In this document: positions 1-11,755 of the stretch, piece by piece
How the letters are laid out: the number at the start of each line of letters is the position of its first letter
How positions within the stretch are numbered: the first letter of the stretch is position 1
Assembly (NCBI GenBank): GCA_010909165.1
Contig: MU008165.1
Span: 1,674,001-1,738,000, forward strand
Source: Anthoceros angustus
Taxonomy: Eukaryota > Plantae > Anthocerotophyta
Direction: 5' to 3'
Length of the DNA: 64,000 nucleotides
Notes under the pieces: generated by a model
What the model was told of the DNA's origin: nothing
What the model saw: the letters and a program-made list of their open reading frames with translations, nothing else
Databases searched by the model: none
Made by a program: the position numbers and the translations under genes

Positions 1-37
1 CAAGATCGCCCGTCCGCCATCTTATCACCCCAAACCA

Positions 38-768
38 GTGAGTGAGACTTTGTTATCTGCAGACACTAGGAGTGTCCAGTGCCAAAAGAGGCGAGCTGCG
101 GGAGTGCCAATGAGGAAATGTGAAGTGGAAAGCATCAACATTGATTTCGGGAAGGCATGTTGCAATCAGATGTGTCTCCACAGATTGACAAAAGAAAGGT
201 TTCGTGAACAACGGTATCGCTATTTACAGATGGGGAGGCAGGAGCAGGAAACATTCTCGGAATCCCTGATACAGGTTGTGCGACAGGAGCCGGGGAACGA
301 CAAAGTTATTACTCATCTTCTGGGGACGGATCCTTTCCGATGCTGCTTGCATGCCTTCTGAAGAGTGTATTGCCTTGGCCACAGCAGGTATGAAGAGTTG
401 AAGAGTAGAGTCATACTGAATGCACCATGGGATGCCATGAGGTCGAATCCAAAACAGCAGTCTCACCATGCCTTAAGTGCCATAGCTTGGATGGACAATG
501 CTTTCCTGAACATGGCTGAGAGACTTCCAAATATCGAGGTCTTCAACCTCCCCGACACATGCACGAAACTAGAAATTTGGGGTGAATATAGGCGGCATTG
601 TCAACAAACAGGCCAGCAATATGTGACATACGCTTGGTTCTTGAAGCTATGGAAAGGGCACTTTAACAGGGTAAAGATTCCAAAGTCCAACAGATTCTCT
701 ACAGATTGCTCGCTATGTGCTGGATTGAAAACGACTATACGAAATACAATCTCAAAGGTTGATCAAGG
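38..768 (+). pseudogene. Decayed DNA-transposase N-terminal region, Sola-like
   Basis: ORFs 38-361 and 365-919 are one frame broken by a TGA at 359-361. The CCxxxC N-terminus, the 'AWMD..F...AERLPN..LP' block and 'FLKLWKGHFNRVKIPKSNRFSTDCSLC' resemble Sola-type transposases as I recall them. The coding look ends at a GTAAGT donor near 768. Confidence 0.5.
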
Positions 769-989
769 TAAGTACCATTCTTTTCCCTATCCCATGTGTT
801 CTAGCATATTGAGGGTGGTTGGCCGCGTAGGCCAAACCCTCAACGGTAGAAAAATGTGCTATGTCCACTATGTCCATATGCCCCCCGCTTCTAGTGTCAG
901 TTGCTGTGGTGGACGCTAGCTGACCGGCACCCACCATACATCTCATACCATATCCTTAGGGTTATCAGTGGAAGGGTCCAGTGGTCATG

Positions 990-1013
990 AGGGCGCCGGC
1001 CGGCCGGCGCCCT
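990..1013. repeat. Perfect 24-bp GC palindrome (degenerate second copy near 1122-1146)
   Basis: AGGGCGCCGGCCGGCCGGCGCCCT equals its own reverse complement. A similar GGGGGCGCCGGCTGGCCGACGCCCT lies ~130 bp downstream. Confidence 0.8.
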
Positions 1014-2325
1014 ATACAGGGAAACCATGCATGTGCGTAATCACATTGCTTGGGCCCCGCCATGCCGGTGTCATGGCTATGACCCTGTCGAGCTTGGAGT
1101 AATAATTAGGTCATGTCCTCGGGGGCGCCGGCTGGCCGACGCCCTCTACCACATAAGCATACTTTGTCGACGATGAGGAAGGCGAATCCACTAATTACTT
1201 TGAATCCAGATTGAACCAAAATGAACCAAACTAGATCAAAATGACAAAGAGACCCAAACTTCTGCGTTTCACATTTGCCGGAGGATCCATTTCTCTTTTT
1301 GTATAGATAAATTGAGGATAGAGAGCCCATATCCAATAGTTTCTTTTTACCATTACAAGAGAATCTACTCCTCTCTTTCTCTCTTTTTCTTGGTGATAAG
1401 GCTCTCCATGACCCTACCTCTCTTTACATGCAAGACCCTACAACTTAGACTTGGGAGGAATCATTAGTACAATTAGAGAACATCCATGGAAAAGCAACAT
1501 GTGTAAAGGATAAGTCAAAATCATGCCACAACACAACAAGAGGCTAATGAAGTTCTATTAGCATAGACTGGACCAACCTATCCAATCTAGGTGAAAGACT
1601 TCATGAACATCATGCTCCACGTCTAGAAAAAATTCCTTAAAATGTTTTCTAGGAATCTAACTTTATGGACTTTCGTGGATGTCCACAAAAGCTTCTTTTG
1701 ACCCCTCCTTCCCCATCTCTCCATGGTAGTATCTAAAGACAACTCGAATTTCTTTCATCCTGCCCAGTGGTTTCAATACCAAGGATAGACGGAGGCCCGT
1801 TTGGCACACACGAACAGGGCATTGCCTAGGGAACAGTCCAAACCAAGGAACAACACACATTTGTCGGGTAGAGAGTTAATGTCTCTTTGTCTAACGAAAA
1901 ATAGAAGGAACGTCCGGAGCCCATCCAATGAGGGGAGCTCGTGTCATGATACAAGCAATATCCTATGCTGGGCAGCGCTATTATATAGGGGACATTGTGA
2001 GAGGGAATCGGGATCGAGCCCCGTCAGTTTTTTGAAGTGTGGGAGGCTGGAGCCAGGAACTGTGCGCCTTTGACTGGGCTCGACTACCTGGTTTTGTTGC
2101 ATGCCACAAACAGCCAAAGCATATGACCCCAAGTTGTGGTGGAGCGTAACCGGTTATCCCGCATCTGAGCCGCTCTGACACAGACAATTCAAGCGAGACG
2201 CGAGACGCGAATAGTTCGACTTGTGACCACCGCGCATTCTGCCAGTGCAGACGACTCGGCAGACTGCACCAGCGGCCGTGTGAGCGAGCTCCCGCCCGAG
2301 CGTGAGCGTGAGCTTGAGCTTGAGT

Positions 2326-4260
2326 ATGGCCATGGCGCCTCCTCGCAACCGCGCGGGCCAGTGGATGGATGGCGGCATTTGGAAGGTGCATGTGGCGCTC
2401 ATCATCACTCAGCTCGGCGCTGCGGGATACTACGTTCTCACCAAGGCCGCGCTCAGCAACGGTGTGGACCGGTTTGTGTTTGCCGTCTACCGGAATGTCA
2501 TCGGAGTGACTCTGGTGGCGGGGTTCGGATACTTTCTGGAGAAGTACGATGCTGACTATCTCCCTGAATTAGTCCAGGTTGTGCCTTTGCTTCGATTCGT
2601 CCCGCCTCAGTCTGCTGTCTGCATTGCATGTTGCATTGCGTTGCGCCAATGTCCAATTGCTTTCGCGGAATGTTCAATTCGGTCTATTTTGTTGCAGAGG
2701 GGAAAGAACGCGCTTGACGAGCTACACCTGGCTGCTTCTGCTGGTTTCTGGGTTTACGGGGTGCGCTTCTTGGTTCTCTTTGTGTTGCATTCCTGCTGGT
2801 TTGTGGCACGCAAGGATTTGGTGCTTAACTCGTGTTACATGCTTGCTGGCTGCACCAGAATCTTTGGAAACCAAGTCTTCTTTCTCACCGGGCTGGCTCT
2901 CACCTCGACAGCGTATGCTGCGGCATTGCAGATTGCGACTCCGATGTTCACGTTTTTGTTCGCTTTTCTCTTCAGGTAACCGTCTGAAGGGGCCTCCGAT
3001 GCCTGGATGTTTTGTTAGTGGTGACTTTGCAGGAGAGCTGACTATTGAGCGTTATGTCAGGATTGAGGAAGTACGTATCAAAAGGCGAGACGGACAGGCC
3101 AAGGTTCTCGGTGTCTTGTCTTCTCTATCTGGTGCCGTGCTCATGACTTTTTACATGGGGCCAATTGTGCTGGGATTTGAATCACCCGAGCTTCTTCATG
3201 CACCCTCGGAGAAACTGGCTCTTTACACTTCCAGTTTCATTGGTTCAAAGCTGTCAGAGTTTGGCATAACACCCTGGCAATTCGGCTCTGCTTGTCTCAT
3301 TGCCAACACTTTGTGTATGGGAATATATGTGAATTTGCAGGTAGGTGCAGTGATTTTGCTTCGAGGTCTTTTAAGTAGATCCTACACGACTACTGTGTGG
3401 CTGCAGCTCACGAATCTGTGACAGCTGAAGAACTGATCCGCCTTTCCTTGATGCAGGCGCCGATTCTATCAAGATATCCCGCACCTCTCTCTGAAACAGC
3501 TATTGCTATGTTCTTTGGAGCAATCTTCTTAATCGTGACGGGATTGTTCACGGTAAAAGATACCGATGCCTGGATCATAACTAACGGCCTTGACATCGCT
3601 TCCATTACGTATGCGGTGAGTTTGGCTAGGATTACAAGTCTCGTTAATAGACATTCTGAAAAGGGTTAAGCTGGTGCTGCACCGTCTCTCCTTTTGCTGA
3701 GTCACGCAGAACAGTGAATTATCGCGTTTCTGGACTGTGATTTGTGCGTCTACAGGGCGCAATGGCATCTGGGCTGAACTTCGCACTTAACACATGGTGT
3801 TTCCAACGAAGTGGGCCTTTCCTGGTGGGGGCATATATCCCCTTGCAGCCAGTTGTATCAGCTCTGTTTGGCCTCATCTTTCTCGGCGACGTTGTCTACT
3901 TGGGAAGGCATGTCCAGCTACTCAAATTGCAATTTTTCCCTTACCTACCCAGCCATGTGCTGATTCATAATTCGTCTTTGGAGTGCAGTATCTTGGGAGC
4001 TTTGTTGGTGCTGTTGGGGCTCTATCTCATCACCTGGGGGAAAGTCCAGTCGAGAATGTTACAAGAGCAAAGGAGTCTGCCGCCTAATGAGAAGCCGTCT
4101 ACCGTTGACTCTGCATTGAAGGAGCCCCTGCTGAACAAGTACGTTCCGAAATTGTGCCCTTGTTGTGCCCTTCCAGTTGTTAACCAAATAAGTTGTGCCC
4201 CTGCCCCTTCCGTCTCTAGACCTAAATCGTCCTCTTGTCTGCAGTCATGATCGGAAATAG
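2326..4260 (+). CDS. WAT1-related / UMAMIT (nodulin MtN21, EamA) transporter, 8 exons
   Basis: Predicted exons 2326-2543, 2698-2760, 2859-2975, 3061-3340, 3457-3615, 3756-3907, 3989-4138 and 4245-4260. Family motifs include 'FVFAVYRNVIG', 'IFGNQVFFLTGL', 'RRDGQAKVLG', 'YPAPLS' and 'GPFLVGAYIPLQPV'. The last short exon is tentative. Confidence 0.9.
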
Positions 4261-4484
4261 GAAGTGGAAGAGGTGCTTCTTTTCAAGGGAATGGTAACGG
4301 GATTGGAGGCGAAAAAGTTTGCAGGTTGGGTGGGTAGCTAGCTATAAATAGGTGCGGGCTCAAGTGGTGATGGCGACTGCAAAAAGCAGATATCCGCTGT
4401 GTTGAAGATCAACAACAAGGATGTGCTGCGAAGAATCGAATGTGGAATGCCCCCAGAGCTTGCCCAGGAACCAAACCCCATTTC

Positions 4485-4830
4485 GTCCCTGTCTGTGTGC
4501 ACCTGAACAGGGACTGCATATGGTGGGATAGTAGTAGACTAAATGGCCATGGTTTTTATGGGTGTACCGTGCCAACTCCTGTATCGTCCCTGTCTGTGTA
4601 CAGCTGAACAAGGACTGCATATGGTGGGATAGTAGTAGACTAAATGGCCATGGTATTTATGGGTGTGCCTTGCCAACTCCTGTATCGTCCCTGTCTGTGT
4701 ACAGCTGAACAGGGACTGCATATGGTGGGATAGTAGTAGACTAAATGGCCATGGTATTTATGGGTGTGCCTTGCCATCTCCTGTATCGTCCCTGTCTGTT
4801 AAGCCTGAACAGGGACTGCATATAGTGGGA
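4485..4830. repeat. Tandem repeat, ~101-bp unit x ~3.4
   Basis: CGTCCCTGTCTG...GACTGCATATGGTGGGATAGTAGTAGACTAAATGGCCATGG recurs at ~4485, 4586, 4687 and 4788. Confidence 0.9.
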
Positions 4831-6854
4831 TCTAAGTAGAGGAAAAAGGCCATGGTTTGCCAGGAAGGGTCGGATTGCCAACTCTGGTATCGTCGCTGTT
4901 TGTTGAAGCTGACAAAGGAATGCAGACAGTGGAATGCAGCGTAAGTACAAAATCTGTGGCATAAGCTCACGAATGTGACGTGCGCAAGGGTTGCCAGTTA
5001 GCTCCCTCGTGGGAAATCTTGATGGGCATACTGGTAGCAGGTAATATTTGCATGCACTATCTCTCCTTAGTCAATCTTGAAAAAAAAATTTAGGTGTCAC
5101 TTTTGTATCACCTGTTGAATGGCCGAGTCGGCCGAGTACGCCGTTTATTAACCCCTCAACGACGGCCCCTTTTAAGCTATTTTTTTCAAGGAAATTCACC
5201 GAGAATCTATTTGAAGCTTTTTCTAGTTCAAAAAAATGTAATTAAATTACAGAGAAATTAGACCAAGGTTCTACGAGAATTTTGCTTCCTACGAAGTGTC
5301 ACATGCCCAAAACCACCAGATTTGAAATTGCTGAGCCGATCGGAACAACATTCATCCAAGGAACCCAATGTTTCCTTCCTTGAATGGCGAGTTCGGCAAC
5401 CAGAAACAACGGGGGCCATTTTCTTATGCAGCCAAGGTATAGGCAAGTTCGTACAACATAATAAACTAGAGCAGAGACCATAAAAAATTGCATTGATGCC
5501 ATCGAAATGCCGGAGTCCTATACAAAACTGACGGCACACTCAAACATGCATGGCAGCAGTGTCCGGGAGACGCGTCCATAGATGAGCACTCCATGTTCAC
5601 AACCGGTGTGCCTTGGTTGAAGTCCCACCACATGGACTCTCTCAATTGGCTAGAACACATGGTAGGCATTTGATCCGGCACAGCCTCACCGCGTGACTGG
5701 CCACCGCCTTCTCGCCACATCGACAATCCTCGTCTCCGCCCCACCGGCTCAACCCTTCGTCCCCTGACTCCCGACACTTGTGAGGCTAGTGACAGTGCTG
5801 GTGGGTGCTGTGGATGCTGCCGTGCCAACTACTCGGAGGCACCGCCTTGCTCCGAACACCATGGCCTCTCTCGGCCCCCCCAACCTGCGCACTTCCACGT
5901 CAAGAGATGGGCCTGGCCCAATGTGCTCAGGCGGAAAATGTATAAGAGCTCATGCTAAACAAGGAGGTGTCGCGCCATGGCTGCATAGCGCTCATGACAC
6001 ATCGAAGTTCCTACAGCGTACAGTCAAGGACTTTCCATGAGAGCCCATGCCCAAGTTTAACTATTGTAAACACAATGTCCAAGTCAAAACCGCAAATGGA
6101 AAAATCATTCTCTCCTGGAAGCTTAGGCAAAACCCGTTTGTCCCTTTCCCCAAGAGCTCACACTATGAAAAGAACCCTTTTGCGATCCGTATGGCTGTTC
6201 CCACGAACAAACATCAGCAATCCGCCTGCCGGTGCGGATTGCTGCCCTTTAATACTACCTACGCGCTTGCCGAATTGCTGGTGCCCGTTTAGCGTGCCTT
6301 GGCGCTCACCTCGGAAGCCGCGCGACGCCACCCGTGGATTCAGCGAACAGTAAATCCGCCGTGACTGCGGCCGTTTTGGCTTTTAATACTCTCTGTCAAT
6401 ACCTAACCCTTGGTCACCCATGTATCTCACATGAACACATGCACATAACCGCATGGATACCCATCACAGGTCATCCTCATGTGTCTATGTATGCCCACAT
6501 GCGGGCATACATGTCAGACACATACACACTCGACAACACATAAACACATCACTCAACACAACACTCTGTGTGTTATGACAGAGGCTTGCTTGCCATGCAG
6601 CCCCGGCTGAAAAATGACTCGCCCCTGACAAAACCACGGGCAACGTCTCCAGCAACTCCCGATCCATTCCACCTTGCGTTCTGAACGAGATGCAAGCCAC
6701 CTATGAAGAGACACATCTCTAACAAACAAGACTAGTCCAGGGTTTAAGTATGTTGTTTCATAATAACACATATGAACAAATTTTTGTATTATTGATAATT
6801 AACGCAAAGAGTCAAGCTACAAAGTTCTCTCTCTCGTGTCTTCGCTCTTTGATT

Positions 6855-6866
6855 TGGTATCAGGGC
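6855..6866 (+). other. Possible tRNA-iMet primer-binding site of an LTR element
   Basis: TGGTATCAGGGC is 1 mismatch from the canonical TGGTATCAGAGC and lies ~700 bp upstream of the Copia gag. No clear LTR end precedes it. Confidence 0.35.
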
Positions 6867-7550
6867 ACCCGATCCTCGGGTCCTGATGCGGGAGGTGTAG
6901 AACCGCATCATGTGATGATGATGATCCTACGTGCCTTGAAGATGCGCATTACAATCCCTCACTTGTTTATGAAATAGAGAATGACAAGGAGACGGGGTTA
7001 TGGCACATGGCGTGTGGTTCCTCCTGCCACAACAGTGAGGGAACAATCTCGGAGTCATGTGCATCAGATATGGACTCCTCCATATACCGTGGCCAGGACC
7101 GGAGTACTCCTAACGAGAATTGGATCTCCATGCCTCGCAATCTGAACATGAATGTTGTAAATCCGATACCAGAAAGAGCCCAATGAACTTTATTTGGTAG
7201 ACGAGAACCTACCACTTACAATCAAGAGAACGCACGATTGACAGCCGGGGAACTTTTGGAAGCGATCAACCAACTTCATGTTAGGATTACCGTTCTCATC
7301 AATATGTTGGCGCCCTCGCAAGAAGCTCTTGTCTCGCGGTAGGTCTCCAACCCACCTCCTGAGATTTGAGCGGGCACGTCGGTAAGGGCGTGAAACACCA
7401 CCAATTGGCATCTTCAACATTCAGACGGTTGAAGGGCCATATTTGAATTTATTATTTTATTTAGGGTATTTTCTCTAATGATTCAGACCTAGTTGTTCCT
7501 CCTCCTTGTCGTTATAGTTATAGCTTGTATCCAAGGCATCATAATAGCTT

Positions 7551-9775
7551 GTGTCTACCTATAATAACGACAAGATGTTAGGAACAACTCCCTCTGCCAG
7601 TTCCATGACAACTAATGTGTATCACACCACACAGAGTAGCACTGAGTTTAGAGAACGTGACTGTTTCAATGGCACCAAGTACAATATTTGGGCTATCAGG
7701 ATGAAAGCGGCTTTAGATCTGAAGGACGTATGGGAATTTGTCTCTGGAAAGAAACAAGCTCCCATACCGAGGACCTCTACATCACGATCGGTGCCCCCAT
7801 CACAACAGGCTATCGACGAGTGGAACAAAGGTAACAAGACCAAGAAGTACTTGATCATTAGCGGTCTCGATGAGTCCATGATGGATGTTGTTAGCATCGA
7901 CACCGCCAAGGAGATTTGGGATGATCTGGCCAATCTGTATAAAGTACAAAATGTCATGACCTTGGTGGAAGCCAGGATGAGTTTCTACTCACTGCGACTT
8001 AAGGTCAAGGAGAGTGTTGCTACGTACCTGGGCAAGTTTCAATACTTGAGATCCCAGCTTGCTCTTCTCAACTCCACTATGTCTGAATTGGACCCCGCTG
8101 CTCAACTACTCTCTAGCCTACCACCTAATTGGCAAGGGTTCGTGTCGCAGCAAAATGGCCCCCTTCTCGCAGCTTCAGCGGCAACAGCTGCAGATCAGAC
8201 ACCATCCAGAATACTAGCTCAAATAGCTAGAGCTATGCTGCAAGAGGAAACAATGAAGAGGTTAAATGCAAGTTCGACCTCTAATCAAGAGGACAAGGTC
8301 CTTCTTACAGAGAGAAAGGGCAAGTGGAACAAGAAACCAAGTAGGTTTCATGTCAATCATACTAGTAAAGGTCAGAACAGCAAAAGGAAGATTAAGGGAG
8401 CGTGTAACTGGTGCCTTATCGAAGGTCATTGGGAGAAAGATTGCCGTAACAAAAGGGCAAGGGAGCCCTGAAAATACCAACCTCCTGAATCACACCTTGC
8501 AGAGAGCCCTACACGCACCATCCCTTCTGTAATGACTGTGTGCTTCTCTACATCTCGAGGCTCGACATCTCTTTGGTATCTTGATTCAGGCGCATCTGCC
8601 ACAATTTGCAACAATAGAGATTTGTTCACCACTTTTGAGCCGTAGAGATCTAGCAAGGGATCGAGGATGCAAGAGTAGGAAGCTTAGAAAAGAATTAATT
8701 AATTGTATGTGTCCATGAGACTACAAGACGGTAAGCGAGCAAGATGTGTCTGTTCACAGAGGTGTGAACCAACCGTCAACAGTCACGACGTATGAAACGT
8801 GACAACGTTTCATATCTACGTTAAATAATTAATTAATTAAATTAACCCTAAAAGCCTGGCTATTTAATACTATAACTTGATAAGGTATGGTATTTCTTTA
8901 AGCCAGACTACTCTGGACAAGTGGTGATTGTCGCAGACGACAGACCTGTTACTATTAAAGAGAAAGGTACTATACAGCTGACTACTTCACTAGGAACTGA
9001 GCTATTTCTGGACAATGTGTTCTATCTACCTTCTATGTCAAAGTACCTTCTTTCTGTTCATGCTCTTACTACCAGATGTAATATATAATTTCTCTTTACA
9101 TTGCAATGGTGGATGTCGACTGTTTGAGGGTAAGGCCCCAGAACACTGCAGAGCCATTGGAAGAGCTCAAGATGAGCTATATATCCTTCAGCTCACATCT
9201 ATAGCTTCTTCTAAGGGAAGGTCTGCAATATGCGATGTAGTACATATGTCTGCAGATGTTTCTAACAGGACATTCTTGTGGCACATGAGACTTGGACATC
9301 CTAATTTGCCTAAGCTCCTGCGACTCTTACAAGGAGATTATTACAGGACCAGAGAAGGATCACCCAAATTAGGGAAACATATGCCTATGTGTGAATCCTA
9401 TGTGGTGGGCAAGCACAAACAATTGCCTTTTACCAACACCAACGCCTCGAGCAACTACTTTGCTTGAATTGATACATGCGGACATATGTGGTCCACTCAG
9501 TCAGCCTTTCTTAGGAGGAGCAGAGTATTACCTCGTGGTCGTTGATGATTACAGTAAGTTTACACATACTTATCCGTTGAAGAAGAAAAGTGATGCTTTT
9601 AGCACCTTCCAGAATTTCAAAGTGATGGCTGAATCTCAGACTTGCTCCAAGGTTCACTGTTTGCAGACAGACAACGGAGGTGAGTTTAGCTCTAACGCTT
9701 TTTAGGATTGGTGTAAGGCACATGGAATTTTGCGGCAGTATACAGTATCTTATACATCCCAGCGTATCTTCAGTA
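7551..9775 (+). mobile_element. Ty1/Copia LTR retrotransposon A (gag, protease, part of integrase), degenerate and 3'-truncated
   Basis: Gag with 'FNGTKYNIWAIRM' and CX2CX4HX4C knuckle 'CNWCLIEGHWEKDC'. Protease 'WYLDSGASATI', pre-integrase 'WHMRLGHPN', integrase 'LIHADICGP' and 'LQTDNGGEF'. Contains stops and frameshifts. Confidence 0.93.
8643..8900 (-). mobile_element. 258-bp solo LTR (TA...TA termini) of Copia family B, inserted in the protease of Copia A
   Basis: Flanked by AGCCG/AGCCA (5-bp TSD with one CpG-type change). Removing it restores 'FTTFEPDYSGQVVIVAD'. Its right ~95 bp match 9776-9871, which abuts the PPT of Copia B. Confidence 0.85.
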
Positions 9776-11755
9776 AACGTTTCATATCTACGTTAAATAA
9801 TTAATTAAATTAATTAACCCTAAAAGCCTGGCTATTTAATACTATAACTTGATAAGGTATGGTATTTCTTTACTCCCACTTAGACAGGCTTCATGTCCCT
9901 TTATCTTGTGTGTTGCTGTGCAAGTTACCTGGCCTCAATTTGCCACGGCCATGCCCCAGTAATGCTCTTGACGTTGGTGATGGTTCTGCTGCTGCTAATT
10001 GCGGTGATGCGTACGTCGCTAGAGTCCGTGCTCGCTGTGCGCGCAGTTCGCTAGGGTGTAATCTGCTGAGAAGGAGTTGAAGGCAGCTCATGCTCGTCGG
10101 CGCAGGCTGAAGGGATTTCTCTGACTTGCTCCAGATGCTCCCTTTCGCTTCCTGCCCAAAATTGCATGGACAAATTTTATGTATGTCGGTAGCGAGTTTA
10201 CTGAAGAAGGCCGCTGATCAACAGATATGGTCGGACTTCTGTATGCTCCCAGCTGTTATCCTCCATATATTCTTCTAGGAGTTCTAACCCTATGTTGGTT
10301 GTTTTTGTAGAGCCTTGGTATAGGTGCACCACCTCCATGTCTCTGAGTCGCTTAAGAGTAGCTGAGAACCTGCACGAGTTATTGTGCTTGTGCTGTGCTT
10401 GTCTTGTGGGAATTTTTGACAGCTAGGGAGCCTCAAAGAGCCCCATAGCCTTGCAGAATCTATCGTGCTTGTCTTTAGCTAGGGCTTTGGTTAAGATATC
10501 AGATACATTGCTATTTGTTGGAACATACTGCAGGTTAGCCTGTTCACAACTGATCACTTGCCTTATGAAATGATGCTTGACCTCGATATGCTTTGTTCGT
10601 GCATGCATCACTGGATTTTGTGCTAACGCCATTGCCCATCGTTGTCACATAGCAGTGGGTGCCGGTTTCACCAAGTGAGAAAGTTTTGCATACACAATCA
10701 CCGAGTGCGGCGCCACTGCATATTCCCCGCCTGGATGATGGAGCGACTACTACCGCTTCTGGCTGTACCAGGGATATAGGCCAGAGTCATACTCATCCGC
10801 CTCCCGTGAGGCATGCAGTTAGCCGAGATTGACTTGCGAGTGTCTGAGTCAGCGGCCCAATCAGCATCACAAAAACATGTGAGTAATAAATTTTCTGGCC
10901 GCTGTTTGTACTTCAATCCAAGTTTAGGTGTTCCTTTTAGGTATCGCATAACCCTTTGAGCTGCTGTCCAGTGTGATGTTCCATAGCAGGTAAGGAACTG
11001 TGATGTAATGCCCAAAGCATGTGACAGATCTGGATGTGTCCGGTTCCTGCAGTAAATTAGTGAGCACACTGCTGAACAATATGGAACCCTTTCCATTTGT
11101 TGGCGTTCCTCTTCAGTCTTTGGAGATTGCTGGTTGCTCACCTTCTCTCCTGCATGCCCATTGGGGCTCTGGTGGCTTGGCTTGCGCCTCCCATTCAACC
11201 TAGATGTAATTTGACTAATGTACAGCCCGGTGTATCGAATCCATGTGCGTGGCAAGATCCTGAAGTATTTCTATGCCAAGGAACCAAGTTAGCTTGCCAA
11301 GATCCATCATGGAGAACTCTGAGGTGAGAATAGACTTAACCTTTGCCATTAGTTTTGGATTGCTGGCAATGAGGACTGCGTCATCCACGTACAGAGCAAG
11401 GTACACCACTCCATCCTTGTCTTCTAGCTTGTAGACGTTGGAGTCGGCCTCGCTCCGGATGAAAGTTGACCTTTTCAGGTATGTGTCAATCCTTTTATAC
11501 CATGCCCTAGGTGACTGCTTAAGGCCATAGATGGTCTTGACAAGTTTGCACACTTTCTTTGGGTGTGCAAGGTCTACAAACCCTTCTGGCTGACACATAT
11601 ATATAGTTTCCTCAAGTGTCCCGTTCAAGAAAGCTGTTTTTACATCCATGTGCTCCATGGCGTAATCTCTCTGGGCTGCGATGGCAAACAAGGTGCGCAC
11701 AGAGGTAGCCCTAACCATAGGTGAGAAGGTTTCAGTGTATTCTAACCCTTCTACC
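9776..11755 (-). mobile_element. Ty1/Copia element B: RT, RNase H, 3' UTR, PPT and partial 3' LTR
   Basis: RT motifs 'EYTETFSP', 'HMDVKTAFLNG', 'IYGLKQSPRAW' and 'LYVDD'. RNase H motifs 'FCDADWA' and 'HARTKHIEVKHHFIR'. On the minus strand the PPT AAGTGGGAG immediately precedes the LTR start TAAAGAAATACC at ~9871. Confidence 0.92.

Noticed and set aside
4485-4830. Regularly spaced repeats as a CRISPR array (also 27427-27650 and 55788-56100)
   Set aside because: Whole units repeat with no unique spacers, there are no cas genes, and the context is eukaryotic. These are minisatellites.
5100-7450. Short ORFs between the UMAMIT gene and the Copia gag
   Set aside because: No recognisable motifs or consistent splice pattern. 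Probably decayed repeat sequence.
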